Origin: Eledone cirrhosa
Taxonomy: Eukaryota
Direction: 5' to 3'
DNA: 64,000 nt
Assembly: GCA_964016885.1 (NCBI GenBank)
Contig: OZ024742.1
Location: forward strand, 48,794,001 to 48,858,000
Positions 43,149 through 56,899 of the stretch are shown here, piece by piece (the stretch's first letter is position 1; the number at the start of each line of letters is the position of its first letter). Both the position numbers and the translations under genes were made by a program. The notes under the pieces were generated by a model that was given only the letters and a program-made list of their open reading frames with translations, did no database searches and was not told where the DNA came from.

Positions 43149-44161
43149 ATGTATTACACAAACACACATTATATGTATATATATGAGTGTGTGTATATAC
43201 ATATTTACGGGTTTATGTGTATGTTTTCTGCTTATGTTCATGTGTGTGTATGGGCTTGTTCTTGTGTCAGAGAACGAGGGAGAGAAAGTAAGAGAAAGAG
43301 AGAGAGAGAGAAAGAGAGAGTGACATAGGGGAGGAGTGATAAACAGCATTTATCATATTGCAAATCGAGAATTCAATAACTATGCCAGTTTTGACAGAAC
43401 TGTTAGAGAATTTTCCTATCATTTCGAAATGAGGTTCAATCTCTCCATTTGTAAAATGGTAATAACAGAGTTGAATGATAGATTTCAGATCTATGTCCGC
43501 TGGGCACTGTCAGAAAAATATTGGTTTCTCACTTATGTCTGCAACAGTAAATGTGTTAGTGCCAATGGGTCGAAGAGGCAGAGACAAAGAAACATAGAAT
43601 GAAAGACCGATAGAGAAAAGGAAAGAAAACGTCGCGTAAGATATTAGCCAATGAAATCAAATGGCTTTCCACTGACATGACTGTAAGTAACATAACACGT
43701 AAATGGCCCGTAAAGATGGTTTTTCGACATCCGTTCTGTTTCAACAATTAACAAGTTGAAAAAGTTATTCGACAAGAAAAACATTAGTTTTTATTTATTT
43801 GTTCATTTGTTTGTTTGTATTTTTGTGCTGTTTGTTTTGTTTTGAGAACTTAGATAATGGCAGTTAATTACACAAATGGAATAACTACTTGTGCATACCA
43901 CCTTTGCACATGTGTGTATGTATGAAAATACTCACTCACACACATACGCACACACACACACACGCACACACATACATGTATATATGTGTATATGTGTGTT
44001 TATAATGCATAGAAAACTAAGAAGAAGAGGTTTGAGACATTTCAATTGACTTACAAATGTTTCAATAAGAAAGATGAAAAATGTAAATGGTGAAAAGCCG
44101 GCAGAGCGTTCTTTAACTGACGTTTACGCTTGATATATATATATGCAACCACATAGCCCGC

Positions 44162-44224
<63 letters not shown>

Positions 44225-44288
44225 ATTATATAAATATATATATATATATACATAAATATATAAATATATATACACATATATATAAATG

Positions 44289-44356
<68 letters not shown>

Positions 44357-44812
44357 TACATATTGTGATTGTCATCGTGGTGCATGTGATAAACAAAAGT
44401 TTGGTTGGTGGGGGGTGATAATTATAATGTTGTCGTTAATCGGGTTTGAAACAGTTTTTCCACGTCACCAAAGAGTAGGTCTTTATATCATATGTCACAT
44501 TTTTGGCAATAACACCTGTTAATTTACATATTACGGCTTACAGGATTAAATTTAACGATAATGATGTGTAATGTGATAAAAAAATAAAAATTGTCAGTTT
44601 TTCACATTTGGCTTGTTTGCTTGGTATTTTTGTAGCGAGTATATATGGGACATTTAATACCAAACTATGAAACGGTCCTTGCAAGCTACTAGTATCAATC
44701 ACATATATTTAGTATTGTGTGGAAGTTTCCCACTAATAATACGTAGTGAGAGAACATGCAATATTGATGATACAGGTAAATAAATATAGGAACAACTAGA
44801 TTCAGATTTCGT

Positions 44813-44971
44813 AACGTGTGTGAATGTTGAAATATATATATTTACAATTCAATGTAATAACCGGACACCAGTCTGAATTTGCTGCCCCTACTAAAGGTGA
44901 AGCAAATTCAGACTGGTGTCTGGTTATTACATTGAATTATAAATATATATATTTCAACATTCACACACGTT
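44813..44971. repeat. 159-bp palindrome (71-bp arms, 17-bp loop) next to (TA)n
   Basis: aacgtgtgtgaatgttg..gaatttgct / agcaaattc..caacattcacacacgtt. Confidence 0.9.
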
Positions 44972-45016
44972 CGCATATATATATATATATATACATGTAT
45001 GTATACACACACACAT

Positions 45017-45134
<118 letters not shown>

Positions 45135-45141
45135 GTGTGTG

Positions 45142-45305
45142 TAGGAGAAAAGTCAGGACCCCGACGGCTGAGCTCCGGCCGTTTCGACAGCAAGATCCAA
45201 ACTGTTCAGATCTAGCTGTCGTAACGGCCGGATTTCAGCCGTTGGGGTCCTGTCTCTTTTCCTATTACCAACTCTACTAAGTATTGAGTACTCTGGTGCG
45301 CTACG
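45142..45305. mobile_element. Family F1 hairpin element, diverged subfamily, opposite orientation
   Basis: Palindrome 45142-45264 centred on gtttcgacagc..gctgtcgtaac; tail ctaagtattgagtactctggtgcg. Confidence 0.85.
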
Positions 45306-45702
45306 TATATATATATATATAGAGAGAGAACTTATGTTTACCGAATTCGCAGACCAGACCCCTTCTTCCTCCCGTTAGACCTGTGCGAAATTCCTTCCTT
45401 GCTCACATTTCAACCAGGTTTGATGGTCTTTATTCTCTCGTTCACGATTCCACCGAATTTATATTCATAGAAATCTGGGACTTGTTTCCTTCTTCATCAC
45501 TTTCTGCTGCTTAAACCATTTTGTTCGTTTACCCTAGCTTCCCCCTTATTTACGTGTGCCAACGACTTTTTTTTAGCCGTTGCTCGCACCAACCTGAGGT
45601 ATATGGCCTGTAATGCGACGAAATGCCTACGACGGTTGGATGGCCACTGATCATGACACTTTTTCATATGTAACCCATTTGCAGCGCCGCAGCTCCATTA
45701 TT

Positions 45703-45767
<65 letters not shown>

Positions 45768-46369
45768 GTCTCGAAAATTGTGACAACAGTTGTGTTTATT
45801 TGAAAATCATAGAGATAAATTGAAACACAAAAATTGTTTTTAAACAGCCAAATGCCGTAATTGACAGCATGCTAAATACTTTAGGACGAAATCCATAGCC
45901 AGTGATTGGGATTTAAGTGACAGGTAGATGAATTAGAAATGATAAGAAGAAAGAATGCGGTACAAATGAAGATTATTTTTACAATAAGAGTCTAGATTAA
46001 AGTTATTAAAGATACACAAACGGTTTTGCACGAATTAATTGAGAAAACCACAATTATTTTTTAAATGCATGTTCGTGCTCCAGAAAATAAAGATTTCAGC
46101 AGGTATGATGTGTGACAAGCTAAACCGAACACACGAACAGATCAGAGAAGGATATAAAGCGTGCCATGTCAAGCATTTCGCTTGACATGGTATATGAAAC
46201 AGGCATATGAAAATAAAACTATTAATAAAATAACAAATAACAATTGATATCCCCAATAGGGGGGTGGCGTTACACAGGGGTTGTACACAGCCCGAAATAA
46301 TGTATATCCCTCATCTGCAGGAGCACCAAGAGTGAGTACTCCCTCCTCTCTTCCTCTTTTTCCTCAACC

Positions 46370-49300
46370 TACAGGCTTATATAGAGGGAAGGCCGATCCA
46401 CTCGGGCCATCTTTGCCACGTTCACCCACATTTTATAAAATTTGCTGGGGTACAGCACCTCTCTCTTCGTCCTGATTCTTCTTCCAAAATGATATTTGAA
46501 AAACGTATCAGTTGTTCGCCGGAGAGAAAGGTGTCTGACCTCAACCCTTTTAACCTCGTCCACCATATAACATCTTTCACCATAGCCATAACACAGGAAA
46601 ACCGCCTCTCCCTGTTTTTGAATGAGGGTGGCGGTTTGATCATGACAATGGACTCGGTGGTCAACTGGATTGGTCCCACCCGCGAAAATAGTCGTTCTAC
46701 ATAGCCCCACAGGTCGGTAACGACCGGGCAGTGTACAAATGCGTACGCGACAGTTTCCTCGTCGCGCACGCATCTCGGACAGATCTTTTTCGAAGGGTCT
46801 CTGCCTGGCGCCCGTGTCTGTAGAGCTTGTCTCGAACTGGTAGAGCTCCTCGGTAGCACTGCCAGGCCAGGGACATTTGGAAGTTGTCCATTGGTCCCGG
46901 GCGGAAGGTCCTACCGAACAGACTGGCAAGTTCGTCCTCTTCTACGCCTAGAGTTTCTTGAGCCCGTCGTCGCACTTGCTGCGGACTAACCCTCTATAGA
47001 ATGTCGAAGTGGAGTCTCCACTGATCGCCGGGTCCGTTTGCCAGACGAATGTGAGCACCTGAGCACATTCGATGTGCAAGTCGCCCATTTTTCTCGGTCT
47101 TTGCTTGACCCAGGACTGCAGTTCGGTCAGCGAAACGAGTGGTGGGAAGGCTCGCCTCACGAACGGCGCCCACACCGGTTGTCTGGTGAGGAATACGTGG
47201 AGGTGCCGCAGTCTGAGCGCGTGTTTGCGCATCGTCAGCCACGGCATCCCCAGCCCTCCGTTTGAAGGGTGTTGGCAGCAGATGGATCTTCTCACCAAAG
47301 GAGCCCGTTTCTTCCAAAGGAATTTGAAGAGCGCGCGCTCCATTTTGGTGAGCATTTTGGCTGGACAAGGCACGAAGGTCAAGCGGTAGTAGATGACGGA
47401 CGCTATAAAATTGTTCGCCACCTTCGCTCGACCTTTCAAGGATAGTTTGCACTCGGCCCACTTCTGGGTGAGCGCAAACACCTTGGCCGTTACCTCGTTC
47501 CAGTTTTTCTCCACATGGAGGTCCGGATCAGCTTTACCTGTCCTTCCTTCCAGCGTCGGACGACGCCATCGGAGGGCATCGGTTTGCCTCTCGACGTTCA
47601 GAGTTGCAAACGGACCGATTTGTGCCGGTTCAGATTTGAAAGGTGCTCGACACCATTACTGTTACGTCGTTGGCGTAGGCCGACGCCGGTTTTAGCAGTC
47701 CTGGTTCCAAAGAGATGTCCTTCAATAGCTCCAACTTCCGCAGTAGTGGCTCGAGAGTCAGAACGTACAGAAGTGAGGAGAGAGGGCATCCCTGTCGGAT
47801 GGATCACGTGATATGGAACGGCTCCGAGAGGTAACCGTTCACCTTGACCCTTGAGCAGAAGATGCTGCTGTACATTGCAGCAATCCAGCCCCTGAACAAG
47901 CGTTCGAAGCCTGCCGCCTCGAGCACCGCATCCGGTAACGATGGTCAACCCTATCGAAAGCCTTAGACTGATCCAAGTTGATCAGGGGCCCACCGAAGCC
48001 GTGTTTACACCCTACCCTCTCTATGATGTATCGCATGAGGTGGAGGTTGTCGTGTATGGACCTCATCGGGATTACGCATGTCAGCTCTTCTCCCACCAGG
48101 TTTTCGATGACAAGCGCCAGCCTCTTTGCCAACACTTCGGCCAAAATCTGTAACTCTGTATGGGCCGGAAGTTGCCTATGTCATCCCCCTTATTCTCGTC
48201 CTTCCTGACTAACGTGATTACGCCCTTGTTCTCAGAACTGGGAATTCTCTCGTTCTGCTGCCAGTTACAGTAGACCGCTTCCAGAAGACCGGAGAACAGA
48301 TCCGGCATTGCTACGTAAAATTAGTAGGGTAGACCATCGAGAACTGGAGATTTGTGTTTGCGGCATTGGCTCAGCGCGTCCCCTATCTCAGCGGCCGAAA
48401 TCGGCCTTTCGCAGAACTTCGCCTCGCTGTCCGAGAGTCGCGGTAGACCGTCGAGGTATTGACCGAAATCCCTAGCCTCTCCCGGCGCCCCGCCTTGTCT
48501 GAACAATTGAGCAAAGTGCCGCTGAAAGGCGGCGCACATTTGCTTCGGCTCACGTATCACGCATCCGTCTTGGTCCTTCAAAGACCGAATCGTAGACTTG
48601 TTGCCACTTTTCGCCTCCGTCACTCGGGCCCAGCTAACAGCTTTGGCTCCCTCGTTTCCCAGAGCACGTATTTTGCTTCTGACAATGCAGCCTTCATGCT
48701 TTGCGTCGAAGAACTGGTCTAAGGCCGTTCTCGTCGCTAGCACGCTAGCTACGTTGCCGCTCCTAAGTGCCTCTTCTACTTTATCTACCAGTTCCTTTTC
48801 GGTCTTATTTCTATCTAACACTAATTATTTACTAAAACCTATCGAGTCTAATATAACTGCCCTCTTGAGAGAGTACAACCATCTGTTGTTGACAATGGCC
48901 CCTGTCAAGTGCTGCTTAACTAAAGTGCTAATCCGTCTACTGTAGGCTTTGCACGTCGGTAACGACAAGTTCAGCTTCCAGTAGCCGGGACCCTGTCTAT
49001 GGGTTTTGTCAAGGTCGACTAAGCAGGTCACTAATTTGTGATCTGAATAGGCAACCATGAACATTTGTGGACAGCTTAACATTCCCTATCCTTCTTTCTA
49101 ACTAGAACCCTATCCAGGTACGATCTAGATCTTCCGCTGAGATTATTCCACGTCCACAGTGGCACAGTCGGAAAATCTAGTCGATATTTATCGGCCAGAT
49201 CAAATCGGCCGATTAACTGTTTGAGGCTGTTACACCCCCTCTATCGGGACATGCCTCCATATAGTTCCAACGTGCATCTAGGATTCCATTCCAGTCCCCA

Positions 49301-49716
49301 GCTAACAACAAGGGGCGGGACGTTCCCAGAAAAGTCTCTAGACGTTTGAAGAAGTCTGGCCGCGGTGTGCCGGATGGGGCATATGCGGCCACCAGCCTGA
49401 AGGCTCCACCTTCACTACCGTCAACGTCTAGGACCACCAGTCGACCCTCCGGGTCCCGATATACGGTCTGTGTTATGAGGTCTATGTGTTTACTCAGCAA
49501 AACGTCAACCCCACCCCCACCTCCCGGCTGACAGAGAGATGCGTAGATCTCAAAGTCGTCGAAGATGGGGGCCAGTTGTCGCTCGCTGTGGATCATGGAC
49601 TCGCAAATGGCTACTACATCCATACTGTGCGACCTGAGGCCGTTTAAGAGTTTGCCCTGTTTCCAGGGCATCCCCTGGCCGCGTACATTCACACATCCAA
49701 CCCTTATATTGGTCAT
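46370..49716 (-). pseudogene. Tx1-type ORF2 (APE endonuclease, reverse transcriptase, zinc motif), frameshifted, RT partly deleted
   Basis: GCVNVRG..VAICE; AAYAP; GDWNG; SDH; GPGYWKLN; KSPVLDGLP; NFRPI; LDQSKAFDRVDH; CPRC..ETVAYAFVHC. Confidence 0.9.
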
Positions 49717-49794
49717 GTTGGTGCTGAAAAGTTAAAAGAAGAGGAAAAGAAATCACTCACCTCTTCGTCTCCTGGGGACTAGGCTGCACAATTT

Positions 49795-51467
49795 TCATGG
49801 GGGTGTTGGAGGGGTTGTTTGGTGGGGTGGTGGTCTCTGGCGGTGTGGGGACGGAGATGTTTGGTGGGGAGGGGGCGTCAGGTGGGGTGGGGTGCCTGGG
49901 GTGAGAGTGTCTGGTGTGGGGGTGGGGAAATATTTCAAAAGGACGCGGTTATAGGGTTTGACGCAGGGGTTACCTACGTCGTTAGGACATTTTTCTTTTA
50001 ACTGTTTATGTGTATCCATGGAGATCCTAATCAATTTAAGATTAGGATTATCCGAAGAGTGTGTAATAGTGTTCACTTCGGTCTCCACCGAAGGGTTTTT
50101 ATATATGGTGTCTGTTAAAGTGTTATTGTTAGTATTTATGTAGGTGTAACATTTTTGTTGTGTCGTGTTGCTTTTTTTCTGTGGTTCTTGTGTCTTGTGT
50201 GTGTTTACGTTTTGTTGTAGGTGTTTTGTTTTCAGGAGGGTGTGTTTTTGTTTGTGCTGTTTGCGTCGCTTGTATTGGTGTTTGTGTGTTTGTTGCATTT
50301 TTGTTTGTGTTATGTATTTTCTTTTTTCGTTTTACTGGTCGGAAAGGCTCTCCCTCATCCTCACTGGGTGACGATGATGAGGCCTCATCCGTGTTGTTGA
50401 GAAAGGGTACATTTTGAGGAGCTGTTATGTGCGTGGGTGTTTCTGGATTTGTTTTAGTTGGGGAGGGGTTGGGTGGGACTGTGTTTGCAGTTTGGTTTGT
50501 TTTTGTGTGTTGTTGTGTGGTGGTGGTGGTGGTGGTTGTGTTGTTGTGTTGGGTGTCGGCTGTAGTGCCTTTTTTAATGCAGTTCATTGAGGAGAGGAAG
50601 GCTTCAGGTGTCCACTGCTTAAACAGTGGTAACATGAAGGCCGCCTACCCTCAACAGAAATGTTTATGTAGGAATTTCCATCCAGAGGCACACGTTGTGG
50701 TATTCTAGCTATCCGTTCAGGTCTCATTTGGACCAGAACTTCTAAGCTTGTACCGTTGAATATGTCCCTGGAGGACTTTCCTACCGAAATTACTGTATCT
50801 TCATCAAAATTGATGAAACCAGCTAATATCCACCAGATGTTTACATTTGGTGTTATATTTGTTACTTTTATTTTTTGGGTCCTGTTTCCCATATATGTGG
50901 GGAAAAGGGTGTAGAGGGGGGACACAATTGGCGACACAGAATATTTATGTGCCGTCAGTTGGTCTTTCTTTATTATTGATAAACTCCCGCCGGGGTTAAC
51001 TTTGCATTTCATCCTTACGGGGTCGATAAAATAAAGTACCAGTAATGTACTGGGTATTTGCTGGCCTTCTGCCTAAAGTAGAAACAATTATTATTGATAA
51101 ACTCCCGAAGAGTTTTTCCTTCTGTATGAAGGTAATGTCCTTCATGGAGTTTCTTAGAACCAGCCTACTTTCGTTTTGAGTTAATTGAGCTGGTTTCCTG
51201 GTGGTATTTGAGATTGTCCTAAAAACTATGGTTTTCAGGACAGTGTCTGTACGCAATTCTTGGGGAGAAGTGATGCTAAAAGCACCATTCTCCCCAAAAG
51301 TTATATATTGCTTGGCATCTCTTAGCAATTCTCCGGCATTAGAGATGTCAATCTGTGTATATAGTTCTGTCTTTTGGACAGTGTGTGCAAAACAAACCTT
51401 TTTTTCCTTGTTGGTGTTGTTGTCATTAATGTTGCTGCCGTTGGTGTTGTTGTTGTCATTGTTGTCG

Positions 51468-51498
<31 letters not shown>

Positions 51499-51744
51499 CA
51501 ATTGATTGATATGTGGTTGAGGAATTCATTTGTGAAGTTGTGTTTTCGTTCATAGCATTGTTGTTATTGCTGTTGCTGGCGCCGCTCGTTGTGTTGTTTT
51601 GGTTTGATTCCATGTCAACGTCAAGTTGTCGGTCAGCAGGTGGAGAAAATCTTTGACATCTGCTACTATGACAGTGGCAGGGGGAAGATGTAAGCATATC
51701 TTCCCCTTTCCTCCTTCGAATGTTGGTGAAGAAGCATCAGCCAT
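49795..51744 (-). pseudogene. Tx1-type ORF1 (zinc knuckle, low-complexity termini)
   Basis: ISVEGRRPSCYHCLSSGHLKP; N/T/P-rich ends; interrupted by a SINE. Confidence 0.75.
50990..51087 (+). mobile_element. 5'-truncated tRNA-SINE with 20-bp TSD inside Tx1 ORF1
   Basis: ttattattgataaactcccg at 50970-50989 and 51088-51107. Confidence 0.92.
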
Positions 51745-51967
51745 TTTTTTTAAATGTTAGCTTTTCAAAAAAAAACATTTTATGTACAATTTCGCCTAAA
51801 GGCTTAGAATATTTTGAGAGGCTGACCAGATCAAAATTTGACCTAGCAGTCCCTCTACAAATTGGTATAAAAATGAAGGTTCACAGTTAGGAATTTCTAT
51901 AGAAATTTAGGCAGAATTTACCCAGCAAGATTCACGCGTGTGTCCATCCCAGATAGAGGAATAGATA

Positions 51968-53050
51968 AATGTCTTTATTAGCCACAAGGGCACAAAATTG
52001 AGGGGACAAATACAAATGGGGAGTTTACATACAGGTATAAGAAAATAAAACTATTAATAAAATAACAAATAACAATTAAAATCCCCAATAGGCGTTACAC
52101 AGGGGTTGTACACACCCCGAAAAAATGTAAAACCCTCATCTACAGGAGCACCAAGAGTGAGTAATTCCTTCCTCTCTTCCTCTTTTTCCTCAACCTACAG
52201 GCTTATATAGAGAGAAGGTCCAACCACTCGAGCCATATTTGCCATATTCACCCACCTTTTATAAAATTTTCTGGGGTACAGCACCTCTCTCACCATCCTG
52301 ATTCTTCTTCCAAAGTGATATTTGAAAAAACGAATCAGTTGTTCGCCGGTGAGAAAGGTATCTTACCTCAGCCCTTTTAACCTCGTCCACCATATAACAT
52401 CTTTCATTTCACCATAGCCATAACACATAGGAAAACCGCCTCTCCCTCGTTTTTAAAGGAGGGTGGCGGTTTGATCATGACAATGGACTCGGTGGTCAAC
52501 TGGATTGGCCCCACCCGCGAAAATAGTCGCTATACATAGCCCCACAAGTCGGTAACGACCGGGCAGTGTACAAATGCGTGCGCGACGGTTTCCTCGTCGC
52601 GCACGCATCTCGAACAGATCTTTTTCGAAGGGTCTCTGCCTGGGCGCCCGTGTCTGTAGAGCTTGTCTCGAACTGGTAGAGCTCCTCGGTAGCACTGCCA
52701 GGCCAGGGACTTTTGCAAGTTGTCCATTGGTCCCGGGCGGAAGGTCCTACTGAACAGACTGGCCAGTTCGTCCTCCTCTACGCCTAGAGTTTCTCCGAGC
52801 GCGTCGTCGCACTTGCTGCGGACTAACCTTCTATAGAATGTCGAAGTGGAGTCTCCACTGATCGCCGGGTCCGTGTGCCAGAGGACTGTGAGCGCCTGAG
52901 CACATTTGATGTGCCAGTCGCCCATTTTCCTCGGTCTTTGCTTGACCCAGGACTGCAGTTCGGTCAGCGAGACGAGTGGTGGAAAGGCTCCCCAGCCCTC
53001 CGTTTGAAGGGTGTTGGCAGCAGATGGATCTTCTCACCAAAGGAGCCCGT
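51968..53050 (-). mobile_element. 5'-truncated second copy of the same Tx1 family, with polyA signal
   Basis: Highly similar to 46210-47305; aataaa at the 3' end; flanked by aatagata (51960-51967, 53051-53058). Confidence 0.9.
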
Positions 53051-53402
53051 AATAGATAGCTTACAAATCAGCAATTTAGGTTAAATAAATGAGTGAGAGA
53101 TACCGAGAGTAGGAGTGAGCGAATAGAAAATTAAAGACTGAAAGAGACAGGGTAAAGCAAGAGTGTTTAATTTATATAGGGGTGAAGAAAGGAAAACGTG
53201 ATAACGACGAAATATTGTATTGTTCTCCAACATTACTGATGACTTTAATCTTGCCGCGATCGATAAATTCTATGTCAGGCAAGTATTGGACAATATAATA
53301 GACAATTTCCACATACCAACATTTCTTTTCTTGTCTTCGTTTAAAAATGATGCAAATGCTATTTTAAGTTAAGGAGAAACAAATTTAAAGAGAAAAAAAA
53401 AG

Positions 53403-53492
<90 letters not shown>

Positions 53493-54445
53493 GTATTCAC
53501 AAATATTTATTCATATTTAAATGTGTAAGAATTCTATGAATTGCAGTGCAACACCTGTAAAATTCCAATAATTTCTCTTTTGAGAAACCTACAGAAAATT
53601 GTCCATTATGCATTTAATACTGAACTCACGTGAATATATTTTTGTCATTTTAAAAAAAACAAAACATTTAGTTCTGATTTCATATCATTATTTCCATTTA
53701 CTGTTCATTCAGTAAAATCGTAAGATTTCATTTCTATTTTTATTCAAATATTTATGATAACCATTATTTTTTGTTGTTTTCTTTTGGCCATTTTTATTAT
53801 ATTTTATCATTTCACGTCATTCGATTTTTCAAGGTTTCTCTCTACTTTATACTTGAATAACTCCCACTGAAACATCTGTTGACAATTTCCAACGAAAAAA
53901 ATATTATTTCCATCATTTCATGATGAAATCTATAATTTCTAAACTACCATCTGAAAGTACCTGATATTAAGATATTTTATTTTCTATTCATTCCGCCACT
54001 AGCGTATAACTATACCCTTAGCTCTAGAATTCAAGAATATTCTATAGATGATTTTTAAAGGCAATTTTACATACATCTGGATTTCTTTCAAGCAATTTCT
54101 TTCTCCTGGTGATTGTAAAACTATATGTTCCTTTTATACTCTTTGAGACATTGCCACTTTACACATTTCCTATATAATTCTAACTTCTTCTTCCATAGTT
54201 ATCTATAGAGTCATATTTATTTATCTCACATCAATAATTTATGTCTCTTTCATCATTTCTTTTTACACTCACCAAGTCGCCCCCAATTTTGCTTCACACT
54301 AGTCTACCATACAGGATGAGGAACATTTGTTCCGACAAACCACTATCTACCAAATTTCACCAAACACACCTTAGATCAACCCAGTCTTCACAGAATAAAT
54401 ACCATGGTTGCAATTGAATTCCCCACATCTATTTAATTTAAATTC

Positions 54446-54480
<35 letters not shown>

Positions 54481-54487
<7 letters not shown>

Positions 54488-56533
54488 TAACAGATTGAAG
54501 TTTAAACAAAGAATCGCTGCTTTCACCCTTAACGGGATCTTCTGAAACTAACAAAGTCAATCTGTGAACGCAGAAGTGAATATTTCAAAAAACGTTGCAA
54601 CCGGAGGAAGACAGGAAGACGATACTTTGTTTCGTGGAAACGTTCCCTGGCAAAGAACGGGAAAAAACGAATATGATACGTCATTAATAGGAGCGGTGAA
54701 AAGCAATTACACGCAAAGACAAAACCACGTTTATGGTATAAAAGAAGTCATAGACTAATATTCTATTAGGTGGTTCATAGAGACGGTCTCTGGCAATGAA
54801 CGGAAAAAACGAAGAAAATACCTCATAGGTGGAGCGGGGAGAACAATTGCACGCAAAGACAAAACGACGTAAATGGTATAACTCTCCTCGTAGACTAGAA
54901 TTAAGACTAAAGTAAATAAAATACAGATTTAATTGAAATTAAATAAATACATACACGCATCCATAAACGTGCATACACAAGCATACGTGAAAACAATCGC
55001 CATAGGTATACAAATACACGCACGTACACAAAAAAAAAAACCGCACGCACATACAGAACCCACGTAACGCCTGTACCCGCACGCATACGAATGTATACAT
55101 AAAATACACATAAAAATATATATAAAAGTATATATATATATATCTATATATATATGTGTGTGTGAGTGTGCGTGTTTACATATAATTAAATAAACGTATA
55201 TAAATAAATAAATACGTATATAACAAGCGCACACACATACCTACATATAAATACACATATGTTCGGAAACATACGGAAACTAAAACACAAAGTACACATA
55301 CACACACACCCTACATACTTACGAACCCGCATAGTCACACCGACGCAAAACTCACGTATGCACATAACCAAAAGCATATGTACCAGAATATATAATATAT
55401 ACTCTGGTATCTATCTATCTATCTAAGGCGGGAAAAATTCCCGAGATCCATGGACGAGTTCTCTCCAGTGGTCTCTGTCCCTCATTATCGCTGCCATGTT
55501 GGAGACGCAGGACATAGCAGCGATACTCTGGTATATACCAGAGAATATATTATATATTCTGGTACATATGCTTTTGGTTCAGAGTATATATTATATATTC
55601 TGGTAAATATGTTTTTGGTTATATGTATACGTGAGTTTTGCGTCTGTGTGAGTATGCGGGTTCGTACGTATGTAGGGAGTGTGTATATGTGTACTTTGTG
55701 TTTTGGTGGACGTACGTCTCCGATCATATGTGTATTTACATGTAGGTATGTATGTGCGCTTGTTATATACGTATTTATTTATTTATATACGTTTATTTAA
55801 TATATGTATACATGCACACACACATATATATATATATATTTTTTTTTTATATATATTTTTATGTGTATTTGGTGTATACATTCGTAGGCGTGCGGGTACA
55901 TGCTTTGCGTGGGTTCTGTATGTGCGTGCGGGTTTTTTTTTTTTTTTTTTTTGTAAGTGCGTGTATTTGTATACCTGTGGCGAGTGTTTTCGCGTATGCT
56001 TGTGTATATACGTTTATGGATGCGTGTATGTATTTATTTAATTTCAATTACCTATTATTTTATTTACTTTATTCTTAACCCTGAAGCGGAGAGTCATTCG
56101 GTTTCCTAGTTAGAATTCTTGTCTACGACTTCAGTTATACCATTTACGTCGTTTTGTCTTTGCGTGCAATTGTTCTCCCCGCGCCACATATGACGTATTT
56201 TCTTCGTTTTTCCGTTCATTGCCAGAGAACGTCTCTATGAACCACCTAATAGAATATTAGTCTATGACTTCTTTTATACCATAAACGTGGTTTTGTCTTT
56301 GCGTGTTATTGTTTTTCAACGCTCCAAATAATGACGTATCATATTCGTTTTTTCCCGTTCTTTGCCAGGGAACGTTTCCACGAACCAAAGTATCATCTTC
56401 CTGTCTTCCTCCGGTTACAACGTTTTTTGAAATATTCACTTCTGCGTTCACAGATTGAATTTGTTAGTTTCAGAAGATCCCGTTAAGGGTGAACGCAGCG
56501 ATTCTTGCTTAAACTTTAATCTGTCATTTTAAT
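54481..56533. repeat. ~2.05-kb fold-back (arms 54481-55410 and 55535-56533), TA-flanked, with a tail to ~56625
   Basis: Mirror ORFs 54564+ and 56257-; internal ~143-bp tandem duplication in both arms; tail homologous to 180-270. Confidence 0.92.
55411..55522 (-). mobile_element. Extreme 3' fragment of an RTE-type LINE with (GATA)n tail and 12-bp TSD
   Basis: Minus frame MRDRDHWRELVHG..; TSD atactctggtat at 55399-55410 and 55523-55534. Confidence 0.75.
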
Positions 56534-56622
56534 AAATATTTGCTCTACGGTTCTTATATATTTGATATATATTTATCCTTATCGAGCCCTCTTTGCATTT
56601 TAGTCTTCAAATTTATTATTAT

Positions 56623-56691
<69 letters not shown>

Positions 56692-56730
56692 AAATGACTG
56701 AGAGTTTATTCTCAAAATATAATAATATAG

Positions 56731-56763
<33 letters not shown>

Positions 56764-56780
56764 CGCACTGCCCGATAGAT

Positions 56781-56845
<65 letters not shown>

Positions 56846-56899
56846 TTATATATGTGTGTGTGTATATATATGTATATATATATATATATATATACATAA

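Larger units (their letters stand above)
46205..51959 (-). mobile_element. Near full-length Tx1/L1-clade LINE (disrupted)
   Basis: ORF1 with CCHC knuckle, ORF2 APE-RT-CCHC and U-rich 3' UTR all present in order. Confidence 0.92.

Noticed and set aside
45589-45639. HHR-like ccaacCUGAGGU..GAAA..gguugg
   Set aside because: Stem I pairs, but the core, stem II and UH site do not fit
54564-56451. Duplicated 64-aa ORF MNAEVNISKNV.. as a gene pair
   Set aside because: Mirror consequence of the inverted repeat; non-ATG start; no motif
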